From Octopus sinensis (taxonomy: Eukaryota), in assembly GCF_006345805.1 (NCBI RefSeq), contig NC_042997.1:117738001-117802000 (forward strand): a stretch of DNA of 64,000 bases. The letters are read 5' to 3'. Each line of letters starts with the position of its first letter. The stretch's first letter is position 1. The notes beneath the pieces were generated by a model. That model had not been told where the DNA came from. It saw nothing but the letters and a program-made list of their open reading frames with translations, and made no database searches. This document shows positions 11,501 through 25,000 of the stretch, in pieces. The position numbers and the translations under genes are program-made.

Positions 11501-14500
11501 TATAATCTAATAATTGCAGTAAAAGATCTTACTTAGCAGTTGAGACAAAATCATTGAGCTCCCCACCATGTTCCTCGAGCTGTTCCAAAGTACGGGCTTC
11601 ACCAGTAGATTGCAGGCCAATTACAACACACTGCACAACAAAATGAATTGGGATTAAATTATTTTATGCATTCAGGAATATAAAACAAAAAACAAAATCT
11701 TTTTCTAATAGGGGGAAGGAAAAAAAGACAAAGGAAAAAAGGCGAGCAAAATTACCTTTCCATTTTTGACTGCTTCTCGAGTGAGTTTCACACAGTGTCC
11801 CACTTTTGCCGATATACAGAGATACTTGAAAAAGCGTTGATGTGCAGACCAAAACTGTCCCCACATTGACTTTCTCATTCGCTGCTCAGCTCCAATTAAT
11901 TCGGCTGCTTTTTGGAACAATTCTCGTGCTCGTACCCACTAAAATCAAATAATAAACTCTATTTTATATAGGTATATACACAATATATGCATACACACAC
12001 ACACACACACGTATATAATACACAAAGTAAAGTGGTTGACATTAAGAAGGGTGTTCAACCATAGAAATTATGCCAAAGCTGACTTTGGGGCCAGGCACAG
12101 CTCCCTGGCTTGTTGGACCCTGTCAAACCATCAAATCGATGCCAGCATGGAAGACAGATGTAAAAAGGATACATGGCTAAATTGTTAAGAAGTTAATTTC
12201 ACAACCACATGGTCATGTGTTCAATCCCATTGCATGGCATTTGAAACAAATGTCATTTTCTATAGCCTCAAGGTAACTCAAACATTTTCAGCAAAACTGG
12301 GTAGATGGAAATTATATGGACGCCTGACAGATAGGATGTATTTGTTCTCCAAAAGTGCAGCTTCGTCACAGTTTCATAGTGATTCTGCTAAAGAATTATG
12401 TTAAGAGTACATTATGACTGCGAAATAGTCAGCCACTTACATGTTAATTCAATGAACAGGAAATTCCTTTTATCAAACACAGACATGGTCGTGTAGTAAG
12501 AAGCTTGCTTCCCAACCACATGGTTCCAGGTTCAGTCCCACTGTATGACACCGTGGGCAAGTGTCTTCTACTATAGCCTCGGGCCAATCAGAGCCTTGTG
12601 AGTGGATTTGGTAGATGGAAACTGAAAGAAGCCTTTCGTGTATATGTGTCCCCCCCACCACTGGCTGACAGTTGATGTTGGTGTGTTTATATCTCTGTAA
12701 CTTAGCAGCTCAGCTAAAGAGACTGATAGAACAAGTACATAAGTACCAGGCTTTAAAAATAAAAAAAGTACTGGTGTCGATTCATTCGACTAAAAGTGTT
12801 CAAGGCTGTACCCCAGCATGGCCACAGTCTAACGACTGAAAGAAGTAGACGATAAAAGATAAGCAACTGGATCCTAATCACCAAAACCAACAGAGGAGTA
12901 TCCACCCATGTATTCACAAATTACAGAACTACTCTATTGCTAAGATGATGGTAAATTTCAAGTGAAATCTTACCAGCAGAAACATTTATTTTAACAACAC
13001 AAAGCGTCGCCTTACTGGCACTTGTGCCCATGCTAGTAGGGTGCCAAGAGCACCATCTGAGCATGATCGTTGCCAGAACAGCCAACTGGCTCCATGCCGG
13101 TGGCACATAAAAGGCACCATTTGAGTGTGATCGTTACCAATGTCGCCTTACTGGCACCTGTGCCGCTGGCATGTGTAAAAAGATTCGAGCGAGCTCATTG
13201 CCAGTATCACCTGACTGGCGCGTAAAAAGCACCCACTACACTCTCGGAGTGGTTGGCGTTAGGAAGGGTATCCAGCTGTAGAAACTTTGCCAGATCAAGA
13301 TTGGAGCCTGGTGCAGCCGTCTGGTTCGCCAGCCCTCAGTCAAAATCGTCCAACCCATGCTAGCATGAAAAGCAGACGTTAAATGATGATGATGATGACA
13401 AAATGGAAAACAAAGAAGGGTAAAGATTTTAGAGTTTTCATTATAAACACACATTTTGCAGGTATGTTCACACGTTGATTCTTCCCAGCTCAGTTTTTTT
13501 CCCAACTTCACTTCTGTTGCAACAAATTTTAATCAGTGTTATTGAAATATTTTTAAGACAGTAACATAACATTTAATTTTACTTTGAATGACTTTATGCA
13601 AAATAACTGTTCTCAATTTTCATACTCTTCTGATGTCACTAAGACAATATTGCCAAAAAAGCATTTAGTCCTTTAACACACACAAATGAAAAATTATATT
13701 TATGTAAACATTCCCATCTAATTGGTGCCTTCTGAGCTAACTTAATTACAAGTAATTATATCAGAGTCTTAGTTCGTGAGTTACATCTTGCAGATGCCCA
13801 GGCTGGGTACTAACTACAATCTCACCGGTCTGAGCAGGCCTGGAAAGATCAGAGTACTGCCCCATCTCGAAATAACATATATAAATATTCCCTTGTCGGT
13901 GGCACATAAAAAGCACCATCCGAACGTGGCCGATGCCAGTGCCGTCTTCCGTGCCAGTGGCACATAACAAGCACCAACCGATTGTGTTCATTGCTAGCCT
14001 CTGTGCCAGTGGCACGTAAAAAGCATCCACTACACTCTCGGAGTAGTTGGCATTAGGAAGGACATCCAGCTGTAGAAACACTGCCAGATCAGACTGGAGC
14101 CTGGTGCAGCCTCCTGGATTCCCAGACCCCAGTGGAACCGTCCAACCCATGCCAGCATGGAAAACACATTAAATGATGATGATGTTGGAATTTGCTTGAA
14201 GCACTACAAAAGCACGAAAAAAAATACCTTTAAGCAATACAAGCAAGAATTTAGGCAAAATAATTAGGTGATGACAATGGATAAAAACTAAAAGAAATTG
14301 TATTATCTTATTTAGATTGTTTGATGCTTCTATCATATTTTGGAAAAGATTCCTCTTATCAAATATATAAGTATTACAAGCAAAAAGAAAATCCTAGCAC
14401 AATAAGCCAATTTCTATAAACTCTAATGAAATTACTTATAGATCAGAATATGCTTCCAAGCGATTTCACAAGACCATTTCACACCTCCGCAACATGTAGA

Positions 14501-14806
14501 AACCCATAAAGTAGTCGAACAACCTGCTACAAAGCATTCAATTCTTACTGGTTTGAGAAGATTGGTAACACAATAAACAGGACACTGAGTTTAAAGCGAT
14601 TAAATAAGACAACTCACCAATTCCACTGATTTGTTGTAAACTAACACAAAATCTTTTGAAAGAGTTATTTCCTCTATTCGAAAAGAAGTTCCGACAAAAC
14701 TCAACTGACGAGCTATATACATGCCTCGTAGTTTCATATCCATAGCTACAAGTTCCATAGCACCAACACCACTAGAAAACAAAATATAGATAATTTAGAT
14801 CACTTT

Positions 14807-14854
<48 letters not shown>

Positions 14855-17800
14855 ATCTTGAAAGCATCTCATATACATTGTGTATGCAATGTAAAATAAC
14901 AATATTTGGAACACAAAGCAGTAAATATATCTAACTCGCACCAATTTTTAAAATGATTGGCCTTCAAATGTTGGGTATTACATGCATAATACCCTACATA
15001 GGGAACCAAGTATAACCTTCATTTAGTGTATAACATTCATTTAAACCTACCGTCTCTCCACAGCCTGTATAAAATCATTGAATTCTTTAAATGGTGTACC
15101 ATGACCCCATAATCCAAGTCGTGTCATGTACGCCATATTTTTTGGTTCGGATGCACCTAGGGTTCAAAAACAAAATAGAAAACTTTTAAAAAACACATTA
15201 AAAACAAAATCTATACTTAGAGATACTTCCGAAAAATATTCAGAAAATACATGAAATAGATATTCAGAAAATATCGGACATTCTCCATATTCACAAATAT
15301 GAGTTGGCACACACATCACACATAGATACTAAGCCATATCAAAAATAAGACTGTCAATCTCCTAAACAGGAATTCACCGACAAACACTTATAACTTTCCT
15401 ATTTCCACTTCAATGGTACAATGGTTTTTGTTCTGATTAATTTATTAACCATACAACATCTTAGGCTTAGTTCTCCTTATTTCATTCCCTTCACTGTCTT
15501 ATACATGTCCCTGCCCAACATCAAACTGATATAAACTGACTTAATACCAAATAGTTATATTTAATCACAAGTATGAGAGCCTGAACAGGCCACAATTACT
15601 GTCATAGTTGTATTTCCTGGAGATCATCATCATCGTTTAACATCTGCTTTCCATGCTAGCATAGGTTGGACGAATGACTGAGGGCTGGCGAACCAGATGG
15701 CTACACCAGACTCCAATCTTGATCTGGCAGAGTTTCTACAGCTTGATGCCCTTCCTAACGTCAACCACTCCAAGAGTGTAGTGGGTGCTTTTACGTGCCA
15801 CTGGCATGGCGCCAGTCAGGTGTTACTGGCAACGACCACGCTCGAATCTCTTACACATGCCACCAGCACAAGTGCCAGTAAGGCGATGCTGGTAACGATC
15901 ATGCTTAAACGATGTCTTTTATGTGCCACCGGCACGAATAACTAATAAAAATATAAACAGCCTGTGCTGATGCCACATAAAAACACAAGTGTGCTGGTGC
16001 TACATGAAAAGCACCGAGTATGCTCTGTAAAGTGGTTAGTGTTAGGATGGGCATCCAGTCATAGAAACCATGCCAAAACAGATGACTAGAGCCTGATGTA
16101 GCTCTCCAGTTTGTCAGCTCTTGTCAAACCATCCAACCTTTGGCAGCATGGAATACAGATGTTAAATTATGATGATGATGAATAATTTCAAAGTTTGAAA
16201 TCTTAAGACTATGCTCTTGCACCTCACCACCACCATATTTATCTCCATTCCAATAATTCTCACTCACCTTTGTATAAAGCAGGATAGCCATGTGCCTCCT
16301 CCATAGCAAGACACCTATGCTTGTCCCACTCTTATCCTTTTGCCTTCAACATACAGCATACAACTCTATCCCTCCCTCAAATTCACTCCCACATAATCAA
16401 AGGGCTTTTTCCTTTTCCCTTCTTTACCTTGCAAGTTACTTGGCCACCTCCACTAATTCTGATGTCACAAAAATTACACCCAGTACACACTGCATTGTAA
16501 AGTGCTGTTTTAGGGAAGGCATCCAACCATAGAACCCATACCAAAGCTGACATCAGGTCCTGACACAGCTCTGCGACTCATCATATCTTACGAAACCATG
16601 CAACCCAAGCCAGCATGGAAAGTGGATGTTAATTAAATACAATAATGATGAAAAGTAAAAAGAAAATTAAGAAAACTTTATATAAACAGGAATAAACTTT
16701 AAAAAGAAACCAATAAATTTCAACAGTATATCTGTCAAGTATAAGACAACAACTATAAGTTACAGTTAAAGCTGATCTTCACACAATAATAATGAAAGAA
16801 AGAAAACTAATCATTAATTTCACACTTTTTCTTTATTATCAGGTCATTCCATAAGTTCTGTCCGATTTTACCTTTTTAAAATTGAAGGAAATTTAATAGT
16901 ATTTTAGAATGTCTAATGGAATTAAAAATTATTTTTATGCATTTGTTTACATTTAAACTAATTAAATATTATTTTACAGAATAATAGAATTAAAATTTCT
17001 ATGATTAAAACCCTTTCTAACATGGAAGTATCCAAAGAACATTTGAAGCACAATGCTTTATGAGTACAAAAGAGGAAACTCTGCAGCCGAAACGACTCAA
17101 AACACACTCAGTTTATGGGAAAGAATGCTTGAATGAAAGAACTTGCAGAAGATGGTTTGCAAAATTCAGAAGTGGAGAGTTCAGCCTTGAAGGTGAAGAT
17201 CGAACAGGACGTCCAGTTGAGTTTGATGATAAGCTCCTTGAGGCATTACTTGAAGAAAATCCTGCATTATCAGTTGAAGAATTGGCAATAAAGTTTAGTT
17301 CAAACCATACAACTGTTTGTCGTCATCTTCAACAACTTGGAAAGGTTCCTAAACTTGGAAAATGGGTGCCTCATGAATTGTCCAAAAGCAACCGCAAATC
17401 CCAAGTTGACATCCGCTCTCCTCTTCATCCTCGCGAACTCATTTCACTCTTTTTTGGATAGACTTGTGACTTGTGATAAGAAATGGATCTTCTATCAAAA
17501 TGTTAAACATTGTAAATAGTGGCTTGGTAAAAGGAAAAAAGCTCAACCACAACAGAGAAGGGAACTTCATGGGAAAACGTTTTTTCTATCTGGTGGGATT
17601 AATTCACTTTGAATTGTTACCACCTAATGCAACAATCAATTCTCAAATCTACTGTCAGCAATCAGAGCGTTTGAACCGAACTTTGAAGAAAAAAAGACCT
17701 GCTTTAGTGAATTGAAAAGGAGCGATGTTTCATCAGGACAATGCACGACCCCACACTGAAAAGATCACATCACAGAAGATCAAAGAGCTTGGTTGGGAAA

Positions 17801-20800
17801 AAAATTCCTCATCCACCTTATTCTCCCAACCTTGCTTCTTCAGATTACCATTTGTTTCGTAGTTTATAGAATCATTTGGGGGGGCATAACTCTCGCAAGC
17901 CAGGAAGAGGTCGAAACTGATATTTCAGAGTTCTTCGCAGCGAAACTAAAAGAGTTTTAAACTGAGGGGATTAAAAATCTTGTAAATAGATGGAAGGAAG
18001 TCATAGATAATCAGGGAAAGTACATTGATGATCAAATTTCAGTTGAATATAACATTTGATCACTTGTTTTCTTTATTCAAAATCTGGACAGAACTTATGG
18101 GATGACCTGATAGTAAACTGAAAACACGGTAAAAACCCGTTCATCTAACACTGTCCATTTTATCTGTAAATGTTCTAAATTTATTGCATTGTTTTCAAGC
18201 TCACTCTCTCTCTCTCTCTCTCTCTCCAAACTATCTACTAAAAACAATTTTTTCATGTAGTTTACATTATCTATTCTGTCATATCTATCTCTTACTGACA
18301 TTAATTAGTCAAAATATAACAACCACAATACCTAAAATTGACAAAGGAGGTGGCACTGAGCCAATTAATAAAATGCTAGCATCTGATTGGTACTTATTTT
18401 AATTTTATCAGTCTCAAAGGACAAAGCTAACCCTGAGTTAATGTCACTAAACACTTTGCTATCAATTTTGCTGTTCGTAACAGTTTTTAGTCAAAAGTGA
18501 AACACAAATATCAGATAAAAAAAAAAAAAAACTTACCAGTTGCACTAGCATATATAACTCTAGATTTGGGTAGTTTGTTCTGTAGTTCAAGTACTGTCTG
18601 TCCCGTTTTGGTTGGTTTACTAGAACCAACAGGACACAAATTTTTGGCCCTGTGGCATTCATCAAAAACAATCTAAGAAAACAAAGTTAAGGAAATTAAT
18701 ACTTTCATAGCTTTTACCTGAAGAAGAAACAAACAGCAAAATAAGTGATGAGGTTTAATTTTTTTTTTCTTTCTTTCACAAAGAAAAATTAACCCATAAA
18801 GTGCTGGGATTTGCACTTACATAGCAGGGACTGCTGAACACATTTTAAGAAAATGAAACTACCATGCACACACACACAAAAAAAAAAGGAAAAATGTCAA
18901 ACTTAGTATATAATGGTGGCAAGTTTTACATCATCTGAAAAGTCATTAGTTGAACTATTAGTCCTCTTGCATTCTGGGGGTTATCGGAACATTTGAGTAA
19001 CATTAGACCCCAACAAACGCCCATAAGTTAAATGCATCTATCTGGGCCATGATCGTGGCCCATCGAGCTTAATGTGTGAAGTAAATTTGTTAGAGAAAAC
19101 ATGTACCATCTAAGATATTATTTTGTCTTTTACTTGTTTCAGTTATTAGGCTGAGACCATGCTGGGGCACCACCTTGAAGAATTTTTAGTTGAATGAAAT
19201 GACCACCCTACTTTTATTTTTGTTTAGCTTGGTACTTATTCTATCAGTTTCCTTCGCAGAACCCCTAAATTATGGGGACATAAACACACCAACACCAGAT
19301 GTCAAGCACCGGTGGGAGACAAACATATGCACGCATATATACGATGGGCCTTTCAGTTTCCATCAACCAAACCCACTCACAAGGTTTTCGTCAGCCCAAG
19401 GTGTCATGCAGGGAACTGAACCTGGAACCATGTGGTTGGGAAGCAAGCTTCTTACCACAGCCACACCTATTTCTTTACTACCCACAAGGGGCTAAACACA
19501 GAGAGGACAAACAAGGACAAACAAAATGGATTAAGTCGATTATATTGACCCCAGTGCGTACCTGGTACTTATTTAATCGAGGATGAAAGGCAAAGTTGAC
19601 CTCGGCGGAATTTGAACTCAGAACGTAGCGGCAGACGAAATACCGCTAAGCATTTCGCTCTGCATGCTAATGTTTCTGCCAGCTACACCTGCACATTTAT
19701 AATTAAAAATTCCATTTAATTCTTTGGTTCAAAATAAATTTATGACAAATTTAGAAATATCTGTGTTTTTTAAGAAAAGGATACAACACCATCAAAATCT
19801 TCACCACACCATCTTAGAATTTGTTTCAACCGGGTTTTATATTTTCCATCAGACTGGCTTTCACCAATCAATGAGGAATATGTAGCAAATATTACACCTT
19901 TCTTCACGCTACCATTTTCTTTTGATGAAATCTTTGCATACTTGAACTAAAAAACAAAGAACACAGAAAGTTTATTAAGTTAGAAGATTTTGCAAGCAGC
20001 ATGAAAATACATTATAATGTTTAAAAGATTAAAACCTAAAAACATAAAACTTGGAGAGAAAACAAACAGTTCAAAAACAAAATACTTAAATATTTGAAAT
20101 ACTAAGTAAAATACTGCATTTATAAGTTGCAATATTTTATACTCGATTCTAACAGAGAAAAGTGGAGTGTGACTTATACATGGAGCAGCAAAACTAACAT
20201 GAAACTTGTGTAGTAAGGCTTAATCATCATCATTTAGCGTCTGTTTTCCATGTTGGTATGGGTTAGATCAGAGGGTTGCCAAATTCTTTCAACCATCGAC
20301 CCCCTTTGGCTACTTTTCCTTCTGCAACAACCAAACTTCTCATTTAAAATACCATAATACCCTACCCTACCATATCTTGATATGACAATGGTGATATTGA
20401 TGATGGCATATTTAAACAGAAAAACACACACCAATTTTGATGTATTGGTTTTGTGTATACAGTTCACTTTGCAACCAAATGGTCTAGAGTTCCATCTCAC
20501 TTGGTGTGACCATAGGCAGGTGTAGTCTTGGCTGACTAGTGCCATGTGAGTAGAACTGATAGACAGGACAAACTGTATGGAAGCCCATAGTCACTGTTAT
20601 TATCATCATTATTTCAATGTCCACTTTTCTATGGTTGCATGGATCAGATTAAACTTGTCAAGGAGGATTTTCTACAACTGGATGATCTTTGCTGTTTCCA
20701 AAAAAGAAATATTTCTCCAAGTTCTTCAAACACAAAAGCTCAATAATGGCGGACATGTATGTCTTCGGGGAAGATTACAGATATATGTATGAACTTTGAT

Positions 20801-21973
20801 CAGTGTGCAAATGTCAAGAAAAGGTGCCGCACATATACACACACGCACGTGCTGTTTTTGAGTGTATGGCTGTGATTTTTTTCAGCTTCTGTCTACGAAG
20901 TTCACAAATAAGGCATTGGCCAACCTCAGAATATAATACAGGAAACTTTCTCAAAATGCCTCATAGTGGAACTGGAACAGAAACCACAGGCATTGTGGAG
21001 GGACAGGGACACATGCAGTTACACATGTGCATGCCCCATGTATGTTAATGTGAATGTTTACATTCTGCGTCTTTGCATGAGCTAAACAAAATCTGTTTGC
21101 ATTCCATGTCAGTACAACATCCTCTCACTCTGCACTCTAAGATAAGCGGAATAAAAAAAAATCCCTTAAAGAACTGTTAAGGGTTAGTGATTTAAAGGAC
21201 ATTCAGTTGCAAAACCATACCTCAATAATATATATTCGTTCAACATAGATAAATAGACATGGTTATCAAACAAACGGACAAGTTAAAAATCATTACAAAT
21301 TACAGGAATTTACCTTATTTAATGGATGGACTTCTATCTTTGAGGCTCCAATATCTTTTAGATCTCTCTCAGCATCAACTTTTAAGTCATTAGAGACACT
21401 GAACCTGTTAATAACAAAAGGCATCCATTTATTTCAGAAACCAATTTAACAATAAACCAAGATCATTCAAAAAAAATATATTAAATGCAAAATGAGATAT
21501 GTGCATATGCAAAAAGAAAATAACTGCAGAAATTTCACATACCAAAGTGCACGTTTTCTGCCTTGCAAATAATTTTCAAAAATAATTCCAGCAACTGTTC
21601 GGCCTTTTCCAACACCAGCCCCATCACCTGAAAATTAAGTTAAAGATAAATAATATACTTCACAAAAACCCCAGCCAAATAACTGGGCTTCTCAGACTTT
21701 ATTATAATGGAGCTTATATAAGTAGTCTTTTATCCTTTTACTTGTTTCAGTCACTTGACTGTGGCCATGCTGGAGCACCGGCTTTAGTAGAACAAATTGA
21801 CCCCCCAGGACTTATTCTGTAAGCCAAGTACTTATTCTGTCGGTCTCATTTGCTGAACCACTAAGTTACGGGGATGTAAACATACCAGCATCGGTTGTCA
21901 AGTGATGGAGGGGTGACAAATACAAACACACATAAATATATATATATATGTATGTATGTGTATGTATATATAT

Positions 21974-22015
<42 letters not shown>

Positions 22016-25000
22016 CATACATACACACACATGCAATGGGCTTCTTTCAGTTTCCGTCTACCAAATCCACTCACAAGGTTTTGGTCGGCCCGAGGCTATA
22101 GTAGAAGATACTTGCCCAAGCTGCCACACAGTGGGGCTGAACCCAGAACCATGTGGTTGAGAAGCAAACTTCTTACCACACAGCCACTCCTGTGCTTGTC
22201 TATGTATGTAACTGAAATAATACTAACTTTTTGTCACTGCATATCATACACCCTTGTCATGTGAACCATACTTCATACCACCTTTTAAACCATCCATCTC
22301 TCTGAAGAAATGAAATGGGGAGAGAGATGAGGGAGGGATATTGTGTACTGGTACAAGGGAGTACCATCTTTTCTATCTGCTGCATCTCTGTATAATGATA
22401 TTTTAACCCACACCAAGTGGCACCAAAATATGTCAGCTGGCCTTGGTATTCAACAAAAGAGCTACTACATGATTGCTCATTCCACTGGAAATAGCAATTA
22501 AATCTCCCTCAAATCACACCCTACCATTTTAGATTAAAGTATATACTGGACAAAGTGATTCCTGAAACAAAAAACAATGGTCAGAATTGGAATGCCTTTT
22601 ATCACAGGCCTACTCATTCAGAAATTATCAATAGTTAAACACCAGTCACCTTTACTGCAAGCCAAGGTATGGTTACTATACATCTGCTAGACAAGGCAGG
22701 CAAATTTCCCTCAAGTGCACTCATCATTTACACTGGGTTACAATGTATTAAATTCCTGTGTATTCCTATACTGCACCTCAAGCATATCGTAGGATTTCTC
22801 ATATGGCAGTTTTGAATCCTTTCCTGCTAATTGAAACTGTCTTTGTTAAGTATATTTGAAGAGTTTCGATTCTAGAATCTGCTTCCATATTTTGGAACTT
22901 TTACTTGAATTCTTTAACTGAGTGGGCTATGAGAAGCACATCATCAGCATACAGGAGTTCTCGTGGAGAGCCAGTCTTAAATTCTTGTTATGGCCTTGAG
23001 AACTATATAAAACAGGAAGAGTCAAAACAAGGCCCTGATGGACACAGCTGCATACTAAATTCCTTACTGTACTCATTGCTGACTGACAATAAATTGCTCT
23101 ATACTCAGGAGACCAGTTATCTATAATTAGTTTTTTCAGTGACTGATGCCAGTACCTCCTGATTGGCTCTTATGCCAGTGGCACGTAAAAAGCACTATCC
23201 AAACATGGTCAATGCCAGTACCCACTGACAGGCGCCCGTGCCAGTGACACGTAAAAAGCACTATCCGAATGTGATCGATGCCTGCCTGACTGACTGGTTC
23301 CTGTACCGGTGGCATGTAAAAAGCACCCACTACACTCAGGTGGTTGGCATTAGGAAGGGCATCCAAGCAGTAGAAACATTGCCAGATCAGATTGGAGCCT
23401 GGTGCAGCTTCTATTAAACTGTCCAACCCATGCCAACATGGGAAATGGACGTTAAACGATGATGAAGATCAGACCACATTGTGATTGCTTCTCCTGGTCA
23501 ACAAATACTAATTATTAAATTACAAATTAAAAGCAGCTCTAGCAATGTAAACATTATCAGTTACACACACATAGTTTACATGTTTTGTTTACACAACCCA
23601 TTTGCAACAGGATAGTATCCAGGGAAAGCTCCCTACATGACGTCTTAAAGAACACCAAGTGCCACTGACCAGGTGAGACAACTTGCCCCAAAGTGATCAA
23701 GAATGGTAAATACCAATACTTCACCATTATTATAGCTTATCAATACCATGTTCTCGGATTACCCCAAAACAAAATGAATTGCTGGCCTCGTATTTATATG
23801 CAAATATTATTAGGTATACTGATTTGCTGTAGGCTAAGAATTTCTGAAACAACTGTCTGATTACAAAGTTCTTTTTTAAAAAATATAACTGGTTGGAAGA
23901 ACACAAACAAGAATGAAGTAACAAATTAGTAAAACCTATCTAAACTACACTCTCGGAGTGGTTGGCACTAGGAAGGGCATCCAGCTGTAGAAACTCTGCC
24001 AGATCAAGATTAGAGCCTGATGCAGCCATCTGGTTCGCCAGCCCTCAGTCAAAATCATCCAACCCATGCTAGCATGGAAAGCGGACATTAAACGATGATG
24101 ATGATGAATCTAAAGTCAGTAATTTCAGCTGATCTTACAAAGTCATATGTTCAAGTGAAAACACTGAGTTTCTTTAATTTTTATTACACTGATATATAAA
24201 ACAAAAAGCTTTATAATTTTAGTAAAACACCAAAGATTTTAGAAGTTTTGACAAGAGATTGACGCAAAGAATAAATAGTAAATTACTTAGTAGTAATAGA
24301 TGAGGAATGTTTGTAAAGACTATTTTATACATACCAATAAGGAATCCAGCCCGATCTCCACTTGGCATGATGGTATCATGGCGTTGACAGGCGTATGTAA
24401 TTGATTCTAACTGAAGGGCTGATAACTGGCCAGTGTCTATAGTTGAGTCAGGAAGATGAACTTTGTACCGCACATTTGGAGGTTCCACACTGGATAAAGA
24501 ACTTGATTCGACCACAGCATCGGGGTGTTTTTCACCAATACGTACTACAAGAATAAATAATCGAATGAAAATGGCTGGTGGAATTAAATGTTGATATTCT
24601 TGGAAATATAATTATACAAATCAAGACGAAATAAGAAATTATTACAAACACAAGAGACAATTACTTTGAAATGAATAAATAACAAAATAAAGATAACATA
24701 CATTTGGTTGGCATATATTCAGAATATGTTTCAGCTTGACCAAGTTCCTCAATCTCTTCTTCAACTTCTTCTTCTTCTGGTATGTTGTTATGATGATGAT
24801 GGTGGTGATGGTGATGGTGGTGATGATGATAATGAGGTGTGCGAAGTGGCATATTGATCCCAGGAGCCTATCAAATACATTTAAAAATGAAAAAGATAAG
24901 CATCATTATACTGCAATCATGAGACAAAAAAAGGTCGAGAATATGATTTATCTAAGGCAGGGGTTCTCAACCATTTTTTATCTACGGACCCCTTTGATTA

